From NCBI GenBank assembly GCA_017601245.1, contig JAFNJB010000053.1:16501-80500 (forward strand): a stretch of DNA of 64,000 bases, given 5' to 3'. Source of the DNA: Candidatus Brockarchaeota archaeon. GTDB taxonomy: Archaea > Thermoproteota > EX4484-205 > JAAOZP01. This document shows, one piece after another, positions 18,792 through 26,655 of this stretch (the stretch's first letter is position 1; every line of letters starts with the position of its first letter). The translations under genes were made by a program, and so were the position numbers. The notes below the pieces were generated by a model, which saw nothing but the letters and a program-made list of their open reading frames with translations, ran no database searches and was not told the DNA's origin.

Positions 18792-20035
18792 CTCGTCGGA
18801 ATAGATGAAACACCTTCTCCAATGCCGGTGGTAAATACGCTTGTAGCGCCAGCATCCATGAATGCTCTTTCAACCCTAGAAGCATCCTCATCTCCTCTTA
18901 CTAAAGCCAATAATGAGCCGCCCATGCCCGCACCAGATATTTTGACACCTAAAGCACCTGCCTCGAGGGCTGCGTTGCGCATTTTCTCGAGCTTCGGATG
19001 ACTGACTTCATAGAGGTCGCGTAGGAAAACATGTTGCATGTTAACTATCTCACCCAATGCTTCCAACCAGTCTCCAGTAGGTTTTAAACCCAATTCTTCT
19101 AAACTAGTCTCCCTAACCCGCCTATACTTAAGGATTTCAAGAGCTGTTTCAGTAGTCTTCTGCATTCTAAGCGTGAAGAGAATTCTGTCTGCAAGCTTAC
19201 GGGGCAGAATGTTTAGATAATTCTCCAAGTCTTCCTCTTTTAGAAGCCTCCAATCAACACTAGCGTAATCGCCGCTGAGTATTTTCCGCAATTTTTCTGG
19301 AAGTTGGGCCTCTCTTAGGATTTTAATTGCATTGTTCAACTCTTTTTGTCTAACCGGATGGATCTCGGCTGTGCTATGTCTAATACCTGAATCCGCTACT
19401 ACAAATCTAATGCCTTCTCCGTTAAACTCCTCTATGCTTAAAACCGGTTTAAACTCGATCTTTATTACTCCGCCATAAGAGGAAGAATACTGGTCTAGCC
19501 TTCCACAGGGTATTCCCATGATATCGTGTTCGGCTTCATAAGCTAGCTCAGCCAACTCCATCTTGCTTAAGCTCAAGTTAAGAAGCCTCATATACATCGC
19601 CGCTAGAGAAACATGGAGTGCTGCGCTACTCGCTAGACCGGAAGCTACAGGTATCTCGCTATCGACGTAAATCGCTAGGCCAGTAATAATCTTCCCGTAT
19701 TTTCTAGATATGAGCATGTGTAGGGAACGGAAATAGTTTCCAAACCATTTTCCCTCTCGCAACTCTACTTTACTCGATTTGAAAACATCCTCGCTTTCAA
19801 CACCCTCCCTCTCTAGGCTTAACGATTTAACCCTTACAGTATCCGGTTCGCTTATTCTTGAGCATACGGTAAAGGTTCTTTTCTCAATGGCTACGGGTAC
19901 GACGGGGAGCATTTTGTAATCCTGATGCGTATTAAGAAAGTCTACGCGGGCGGGAGCTGAGGAGAGGCAAAGTATGTTTCCATTTTCAGCTTTTGCTCTT
20001 TCACAAAGCCTTTTAGCAAGTTGATTCAACTGCAT
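18788..20035 (-). CDS. GHMP kinase, galactokinase-like
   Basis: APARVDFLNTHQDY matches the galactokinase N-terminal signature (GRVNLIGEHxDY). The GHMP ATP motif PVASGLASSAA and a C-terminal KISGAGMGGS are also present. Confidence 0.7.
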   Translation of the reverse strand: MQLNQLAKRLCERAKAENGNILCLSSAPARVDFLNTHQDYKMLPVVPVAIEKRTFTVCSRISEPDTVRVKSLSLEREGVESEDVFKSSKVELREGKWFGNYFRSLHMLISRKYGKIITGLAIYVDSEIPVASGLASSAALHVSLAAMYMRLLNLSLSKMELAELAYEAEHDIMGIPCGRLDQYSSSYGGVIKIEFKPVLSIEEFNGEGIRFVVADSGIRHSTAEIHPVRQKELNNAIKILREAQLPEKLRKILSGDYASVDWRLLKEEDLENYLNILPRKLADRILFTLRMQKTTETALEILKYRRVRETSLEELGLKPTGDWLEALGEIVNMQHVFLRDLYEVSHPKLEKMRNAALEAGALGVKISGAGMGGSLLALVRGDEDASRVERAFMDAGATSVFTTGIGEGVSSIPTS

Positions 20036-20119
20036 AAGGTTACCTGCGAGGTCTGTTTTTTAAAAAGGTTCCCAACTCTATGTAACCCTTAAATCTGGAT
20101 CGTTGCTTTTATAAATCGA

Positions 20120-21274
20120 ATGGGGAAAGTCTGCGTAATACACTATTCTGAAATAGGGTTGAAGGGCCGTAATAGGCCCTTTTTCGAGAGGAAGCTAGTT
20201 GAGAATGTAAAACGGGTTCTTAAGGGGGTTTGGGATGTTAGAATCGAGAGGCTCCAGGGTAGGCTTGTTTTCCCGGTTGATAATGCTGATCTACAGAGGA
20301 TAGTTGAAAGCGTGAAGAGTGTTTTCGGAGTCTCATGGTTTGCCTTTGCATCAGTGTCTGAGCCGACCGTCGATTCCATTAAAAAAACCGTCTTGGAAGA
20401 GGCTTCTAAAATAGTTGCTGGAGGAGATGCGTTAAAGGTTGAGGTGAAAAGGGCTGATAAGAGCTTCCCCATAACGTCGATAGAGCTCAGTAAAATCCTT
20501 GGAGAAGTTCTCGTTAAGAACCTCGGTGTTAAAATATCGTTGAAGAACCCCTCTAAGAAAATATATGTCGAAATATTAAAGAGGGAGGCCTATGTTTTCA
20601 CAGAGAGGATTAGAGGGCCCGGAGGCCTTCCAGTGGGTTCTTCCGGCAGAGTGCTTTCGCTAATATCCGGTGGTATAGATTCGCCTGTTGCATCATACCT
20701 CATGATGAAAAGAGGCTGCGAAGTTCACTATATCCACTTTCATCCTTTCTACGATAATTCTGAAGCTGAGAATTCTAAAGTTATGGAGATAGTTAGAAAG
20801 CTACTGCCCTACTCTGGTAGGACTACTGTTACTTTCATACCGTCTTACGAGTTTCAAATGGCTACGGTAAACATACCTGCTAAATACGATCTCGTTCTAT
20901 TCAGGAGATTCATGTTTAAAGTTGCTGAGAGAATTGCTGAAGCAGAAGGTGCTAAAGCCCTTGTCACAGGAGAGAGCCTTGCTCAAGTAGCGTCTCAAAC
21001 ACTTGACAACATCGTGGCGATAAGCATTGGTTTAAAGATGCCGGTCTTTAGACCCTTAATAGGCTACGATAAGGAGGAGATTATTGCATTGGCAAATAAA
21101 ATAGGGACGTACGAGCTTTCAATAAAGCCTTACAGGGATTGTTGTAGCATAATTGCAAGGCACCCTGAGACGAGGGCAAGGCCTGAAGTTGTTAAGGAAC
21201 TTGAGGATAAAATAAACATGGATTCAATAGTGGAAAAGAGCATTAAGCTTTCCTCCAGGGTTGTTGTAGAATAA
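20120..21274 (+). CDS. thiI: tRNA 4-thiouridine synthase ThiI (THUMP plus PP-loop; no rhodanese domain)
   Basis: N-terminal THUMP-like region and PP-loop LSLISGGIDSPVASY, in 384 aa. It ends without a rhodanese domain, as is typical in archaea. Confidence 0.85.
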   Translation: MGKVCVIHYSEIGLKGRNRPFFERKLVENVKRVLKGVWDVRIERLQGRLVFPVDNADLQRIVESVKSVFGVSWFAFASVSEPTVDSIKKTVLEEASKIVAGGDALKVEVKRADKSFPITSIELSKILGEVLVKNLGVKISLKNPSKKIYVEILKREAYVFTERIRGPGGLPVGSSGRVLSLISGGIDSPVASYLMMKRGCEVHYIHFHPFYDNSEAENSKVMEIVRKLLPYSGRTTVTFIPSYEFQMATVNIPAKYDLVLFRRFMFKVAERIAEAEGAKALVTGESLAQVASQTLDNIVAISIGLKMPVFRPLIGYDKEEIIALANKIGTYELSIKPYRDCCSIIARHPETRARPEVVKELEDKINMDSIVEKSIKLSSRVVVE

Positions 21275-21285
21275 GCTTACCCGGC

Positions 21286-22212
21286 TTATCTCCCAGTTAA
21301 AGAATTACGAATCATTCTCTTACCCTCTTCGAATGCTTCATGGAATTTCTCGCAGGGGAAAGAACCTATTGCAATCCTGTTATCTCCACCGCCCTTGCCG
21401 TTAAAAGCTCTGCACAGTTCTTTTAGCACCTGTGCAGCATTAATCCTCTCTTCTCCGCTTCCTATCAGTATGTTGCATGTCCCAAACCATTCCAAGCCAA
21501 TTATGTAAATAGAGTGGTTCCTACCTATTAATTCTCCAACGGTTTTCATAACGGCCTTAGTGTCAACGCCTCTAAGGATTGTTGCATAGAGTTTGGCCTC
21601 ACCCATGGATTCCTCCAACGGGGTTTTCTTAACTATTTCATCGGTGAGGGCTGAAAGCCTTTTCCTCAAATCATCATTCTCAGTCCTCATGTTCAACACT
21701 GCTTTCTCAAGGTTTCTAATGGGTGTGCCGAGTATCGAGGATATGGATAGGCATAGGGTACTCATCTTGACCGCGGTCTCTAATGCCTTCTCACCGACTT
21801 CGAAATCAATCTGATATTCACCGCCGCTTTTAGAAACATGCGTCACAAGTATCATGCCACATTCCTTAGTGTTTTCAACATGCTTCCCTGTACAGGCTGA
21901 ATAGTCAAACCCGTCGACTTCTACGACACGTACCCGTCCCTGTATCCGCTCCTCGTGTGCCCTTAAGCTGGGGAAGGCTTTCTGAGCCTCTTCTAACGAA
22001 TCGAAAAAGTGCTCTTTAACAATCCTGCCTTCCGATATGACCTTGTTAGCCATAGCTTGAGCCTTAGCAAGCTCTTCAAAGCTTAGAGAATCTACTTCCA
22101 GGAAAACCTTGCCAAAACCATCGTATACTTCAACCTTCCTAACTTTAAGGCTACCCTTAATCTTCTGTAGACTGCCCATCAATACGTGTTCCGCAGTGTG
22201 TTCCCTGCTCAA
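21286..22212 (-). CDS. alaX: alanyl-tRNA editing protein AlaX (tRNA_SAD domain)
   Basis: HTAEHVLMGSL (HxxxH) and CTGKHV (CxxxH) zinc motifs of the AlaRS editing domain. A C-terminal GKGGG-containing domain is also present. Confidence 0.75.
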   Translation of the reverse strand: MSREHTAEHVLMGSLQKIKGSLKVRKVEVYDGFGKVFLEVDSLSFEELAKAQAMANKVISEGRIVKEHFFDSLEEAQKAFPSLRAHEERIQGRVRVVEVDGFDYSACTGKHVENTKECGMILVTHVSKSGGEYQIDFEVGEKALETAVKMSTLCLSISSILGTPIRNLEKAVLNMRTENDDLRKRLSALTDEIVKKTPLEESMGEAKLYATILRGVDTKAVMKTVGELIGRNHSIYIIGLEWFGTCNILIGSGEERINAAQVLKELCRAFNGKGGGDNRIAIGSFPCEKFHEAFEEGKRMIRNSLTGR

Positions 22213-22274
22213 CGGGTATCGGTTTTTAAAAACAATGTAATCTTTAAAAGCCTTGTTGAACGAATGTCTACCAA

Positions 22275-23471
22275 GTGCTTCCGCTAATGCTTGACCCTTA
22301 TAAGGTTAGGGAAGACTTCCCGAGCATAGCTGGAGACTACATATTTATGAACAATGCTGACTCTACGGGCATTCCCATTCCCGTTCTAGAGAAAGTATTA
22401 GCCTACTATAACGAGGTTAAGAGTAGGCCGGGTTCTGAAAGTACTCCTTCACAGAAGGCCTTAGAGCTATACTTGGATGCTCGCGATGTAATCCTTAAAC
22501 ACTTTGGTATTGCCGAAGATAACATCGTGTTTTCATCTAGTAATTTCCAGAGTCTTACAGTAATCCTTCAAAGCATAGAGTTTAAGAATAATGATATCGT
22601 CTTAATTTCTTCAAATACTCAGAGCAAGATTGTAAATCTTGTCGAGGAATACCTAAGTAAGAGCAGGGGTAGGGTTGAAGTATTCGATTTCGAAACCGAG
22701 AATTTAGAAGAAAAGCTTAAGACGATTGTTAAAAAGGGTGTTAAGGTTGCTTTAATCAATCATGTTTGTGGGGCGACTGGAACAATAATTCCACTGGACA
22801 AGGTCGTACCCGTTTTAAAGGATAGGGGGGTTGTAACAATCTTGGATGCTACATACTCTGCTCAAAGAATGCGTATTAACCTACCGAAGATAGGAGTCGA
22901 CTATGCTTACTTTAAATCAGGCAATATTTTCAGTATAGAGGGAACAAGCATCCTCTATTTCTCTGAAGAGAGGGCCAATAGTATAAAGAAGACGCAGGGA
23001 TACTTACTCATAAAACGCGGTGAAGAAGAGAAGCACATAGATACTGTTGCGCTCGCAGCAGCAATAAAATACTTGAATGAGCTGGGTTTCGAGGATATTT
23101 TAAACCATGAAAGGAGCCTCGTAGATGAAATAACTAGTATCGCTAGTGGGGACGGTATTTCTTTTTACCAGCCTGCTTCCAGAGATTCTAAGACTGGAAT
23201 ATTTTCATTAACCATAAATAATCTCCCGTCTAATCTCCTACAGGTCATTTTAGAGGACCAGTTTCACATAATTGCTGAATCGGGAAGCTTCGACAGCCAG
23301 TTCCTCCTGCAAAAAACCGGTGGTAGGAATGTTCTCCGGCTATCCCCAACCATTTTCAATACCATTGAGGAGGCTAGAAGAGTCGGAGAAAAACTTGCCG
23401 AAATAAGAGAGTCGTGGAGGGGGAAAGCTGTTGAAAAGGAGGCCGGTGAAGAGGAGCAGAAGCCAGAATAG
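22275..23471 (+). CDS. class V aminotransferase-fold, NifS/IscS-like protein with apparently substituted catalytic residues (likely pseudoenzyme)
   Basis: NifS-like fold and the conserved C-terminal motif LRLSPTIFNTIEE. The SGHK PLP-lysine motif aligns to FKSGN, and the SGSACTS cysteine loop aligns to SGSFDSQ, so neither the lysine nor the cysteine is retained. Confidence 0.65.
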   Translation: MLPLMLDPYKVREDFPSIAGDYIFMNNADSTGIPIPVLEKVLAYYNEVKSRPGSESTPSQKALELYLDARDVILKHFGIAEDNIVFSSSNFQSLTVILQSIEFKNNDIVLISSNTQSKIVNLVEEYLSKSRGRVEVFDFETENLEEKLKTIVKKGVKVALINHVCGATGTIIPLDKVVPVLKDRGVVTILDATYSAQRMRINLPKIGVDYAYFKSGNIFSIEGTSILYFSEERANSIKKTQGYLLIKRGEEEKHIDTVALAAAIKYLNELGFEDILNHERSLVDEITSIASGDGISFYQPASRDSKTGIFSLTINNLPSNLLQVILEDQFHIIAESGSFDSQFLLQKTGGRNVLRLSPTIFNTIEEARRVGEKLAEIRESWRGKAVEKEAGEEEQKPE

Positions 23472-23521
23472 TATGATTAGGGGAAAGACTATTTAACCGC
23501 CTTCATACAAAATATTGCCCA

Positions 23522-24082
23522 ATGGCGAGGTATGAGTTTGCAGAGTTTAGAAAGTTGACCCCGGGGTATGATTGCGGGCTCTGTGGAAATGCTTCATGCT
23601 CCACTTTTGCACGCCGGTTGTTACTTGGAGTCAATAGCGTATCGGATTGTCCAATACTCCAAAACGAGGGTTATTCTGATAGTAAGAATAAGATTGGAGA
23701 AATGCTCAAAGACGGTGTTGTACACAGCTCCCCTTCTATAATAACGATCCCTGGCCTTAAAACTAAGTATGCTCATCCAAACTATTTCGAGGACCGCAAT
23801 GAAAGGCTTCCAACAAGGTTTCTCGATTACGATACTGCACGGTACCTCTTAGGCTTAATCTGGGATATTAAAGATGATAAGGGGGCTAGGACGGAAGTGA
23901 TTGATACCGTCTTCGGAAACTTGAGGTTCCTAATAACAACTAGCGGTAGAATATGTGTCAACATCGGTGAGCAAAGGACTGAAGAAAAGGAAATTGTACA
24001 AATACTGTATAAGGTTCTCTGGGGCGCAGTAGACTTGCTCCGCAAGGCTGAATATGCCCCAGGAACGGTTGTACACTCTTAG
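23522..24082 (+). CDS. small protein with an N-terminal putative Fe-S cluster domain (RnfB/CdhE-type C-x2-C-x4-C...C) and an unknown C-terminal domain
   Basis: YDCGLCGNASCSTFARRLLLGVNSVSDCP matches the Pfam FeS-type motif nCGaCGyxxCxxfAxAl...Cp. 186 aa. Confidence 0.5.
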   Translation: MARYEFAEFRKLTPGYDCGLCGNASCSTFARRLLLGVNSVSDCPILQNEGYSDSKNKIGEMLKDGVVHSSPSIITIPGLKTKYAHPNYFEDRNERLPTRFLDYDTARYLLGLIWDIKDDKGARTEVIDTVFGNLRFLITTSGRICVNIGEQRTEEKEIVQILYKVLWGAVDLLRKAEYAPGTVVHS

Positions 24083-24192
24083 AATACGTTGGAGGCTGTT
24101 GCCTAGACTATAGCCTACCCTCCGGACCGCAGCTGACTAAGGCACCATTCCTCCAAAGGGGCCCGCCTAGACGTATTGATGAAAATCCAGAC

Positions 24193-24744
24193 ATGATGCT
24201 CCCATCTTTACATCGGATACTTCAAGATGCTACTGGAGATTATTATGATGATTATCTTAAACAGGCTGGTGAGATACTTATGAACATTGGGATGATTATC
24301 GAAGGCTTAGGAAGTAGTCAGGCCAAGAACATATCATTACTGATATCCAAGCACAACGATTTAATGAGGAAAATAGTTAAGGAAATTGCTTCAGTAAGCA
24401 TCGAAGAGGCTTCTAGGCTTGTTGTATTAGCAGGACTTATCCTAAACCTTAAACGTGCTATCGAAGCTCTAGACGCCATATCTTTCCTTTTCGAAGGCAG
24501 TGGAGAGTCTTTAGAAGCGCAGAGGAAAAACGTTAAGGAAGCTTCTGAAATACTCCTAAAAGCCTTTGGGAATTTGAAGACGAGAAGGGAGAAGGAACTC
24601 GACGATGTCCTCTCAAGGTTTAAACTCCTAAAGATGACTCTCGGTGGCATCGATAGGATAAGGAGTAATACTATTGCCATACTTGTTTACAAAATGGCCT
24701 ATAACGGTTATTGCATAGCAAGGGTTGCCAGGGGGCTAGTATGA
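24193..24744 (+). CDS. hypothetical all-helical protein
   Basis: A 183-aa ORF with good coding appearance and no recognisable catalytic motif. The sequence looks PhoU/DUF47-like helical. Confidence 0.4.
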   Translation: MMLPSLHRILQDATGDYYDDYLKQAGEILMNIGMIIEGLGSSQAKNISLLISKHNDLMRKIVKEIASVSIEEASRLVVLAGLILNLKRAIEALDAISFLFEGSGESLEAQRKNVKEASEILLKAFGNLKTRREKELDDVLSRFKLLKMTLGGIDRIRSNTIAILVYKMAYNGYCIARVARGLV

Positions 24745-24930
24745 TTCTGGAAGAAAATGAAGCATTTTCGATTGTTTAATCAGAAAAACTCTACCTACGC
24801 CAGGTATCGTCTAGAAAGCTTCTGAAATAAAATATGGATTCTAAGAGCTTGTGGAGAAAATAAAAGAATCATTCAATTTAGTAGCTACTTGACAGTTAAT
24901 TGATAGAAAAGATCCAGAGAGTTAAAAAGG

Positions 24931-26142
24931 CTACTGTGTTTTAAGCGCTTCTACTCCAGGAAGTTTTTCACCGGAGAGATAGCTGATTAAAGCTCCTCCC
25001 GCAGTGCTTACAAAGCCTATTTTATCGTAAACACCTGCTTTTTCAAGTGCTGAAATCGAGTGTCCGCCGCCTACTACGGTGAATGCTTTCGAAGAAGTTG
25101 CAGCCTTATAGAGCTCTATCGTCCCTTTTGCAAAGGCTTCTTCTTCGAAAACTCCAACGGGTCCATTGAATACTACGGTGTTTGCATTACTGATTTCCCT
25201 AGAGTATACTCTTATTGTTTCAGAGCCAATATCTTTCAACGGGTATTCAATTGGCAGTTGCGAAACCATGTATTCAACTCTGTCACCGTTAATATCTGCA
25301 GCATAATCGTATGGTAGCATTATTCTTTGAGAATGCTTGTTGAGTATTTTAGAAGCGTTTTCCCTAAACTTATCTAGGCCCTTCTCTTCTATGAGCTTGG
25401 AATTAACGCTTCCAAGCCTGAAACCTGCAGCTTCATGGAAAACTTGGGCAATCATGCCTCCAAGTAAAACCTTGTCTGCAATTCCCCTGTCTAAAACGTT
25501 CTCGATAACTTTGAACGTCTCCTTAGCCTTCGCCCCTCCCAATACGTAGAGACAGGGCTTTGAAGGATTGTCTACGACTTTCTCGAGAGCTTTCAATTCT
25601 CTCTCCATAACTCTCCCTGCTGCTGACGGCAGTACTGCTGTAAAACCTATGATAGAAGCGTGGGCCCTGTGGGATGCGGAGAAAGCATCGTTTACAAAGA
25701 AATCTGCTAATGGGGCTAATGCTGAAACCAATGCTCCTTTCGCATGCTCCTCAGCCGTCTTAGTCTCAGTTTCCTCGTCAAGCATCCTCACATTCTCGAG
25801 TAGTAGTGCTTCGCCAGGCTTCAACTCCCTAATGGCATTTATAGCGTTGACTCCAACGATGTCGCTAACATACTTAAGGTTCTTAACATACTTTAGCATG
25901 GCCTTATAATGCCTGCTGAAATCTGTGAAATCAGGATCTCCCTTCCTGCCCTGGTGTCCGAGTATCACCACCTTAGCATTCTTTCTTAAAAGCTCGTTAA
26001 TAGTCTCGGAATGCTCTCTTATCCTAGAATCGTCTATGATCTCTAAGGTTTGAGGGTCTAGTGGAGAATTTATGTCGACCCTAAGGATGACGGTCTTGTT
26101 GTTAAAGTCAAAATCATCCAGGGTCTTGAACTTTAAAGCCAT
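24931..26142 (-). CDS. pgk: phosphoglycerate kinase
   Basis: N-terminal TVILRVDINSPLD and a C-terminal glycine-rich ATP site (VVGGGHS...STAGGALI), in 403 aa. Confidence 0.9.
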   Translation of the reverse strand: MALKFKTLDDFDFNNKTVILRVDINSPLDPQTLEIIDDSRIREHSETINELLRKNAKVVILGHQGRKGDPDFTDFSRHYKAMLKYVKNLKYVSDIVGVNAINAIRELKPGEALLLENVRMLDEETETKTAEEHAKGALVSALAPLADFFVNDAFSASHRAHASIIGFTAVLPSAAGRVMERELKALEKVVDNPSKPCLYVLGGAKAKETFKVIENVLDRGIADKVLLGGMIAQVFHEAAGFRLGSVNSKLIEEKGLDKFRENASKILNKHSQRIMLPYDYAADINGDRVEYMVSQLPIEYPLKDIGSETIRVYSREISNANTVVFNGPVGVFEEEAFAKGTIELYKAATSSKAFTVVGGGHSISALEKAGVYDKIGFVSTAGGALISYLSGEKLPGVEALKTQ

Positions 26143-26655
26143 TTTCCATCTTCTGGAAAGATGTTTGAAGACCTTTTTTAAGTTATCTATCTTATTTTTA
26201 GACGAAATTAATGGGCTCCGGTTTCAACCTTGCCTGGAAGAGACCCGTATGGTATTTTGACAAACCCTTTTTGTAAACCACATATATAGATGAAGATAAT
26301 GAGATTTAAAGCTGAACAACCAAGTATTGGCGATTGCTTTTACGGTGCTCGACTTATGCAGTATATACCAAGCCTGAAACCAGTGTGATAATGGTTCACG
26401 GAACGGGGCTGAAAGAGCTCATAGTTTTCGAAGCATGGAATGGCTTTTTCTAAGGGCTAATACAGGCGTGTCAGGGAAGTTGTCGCAGCCTATAAACTTA
26501 AGCAGGCTTAAAGAATTGAATTAAGGATGGAATCTGGCCCAGCGTTATCATTTAAAAACTCCTGAAAAAGTTTCTGCAGATTTTGAGTTAAAACGGCGTT
26601 TTATATAGTCGAAATCTTTAAAAACGAATAATCTAGACTCTTGCCCGACTGAAAA

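Noticed and set aside
24083-24192. Possible tRNA or C/D-box sRNA in the GC-rich spacer before the 183-aa helical ORF
   Set aside because: No convincing cloverleaf could be drawn (no acceptor stem/T-loop). The apparent TGATGA/CTGA boxes overlap the ATGATG start codons of the downstream ORF. It is retained only as a structured spacer within the Fe-S protein finding.
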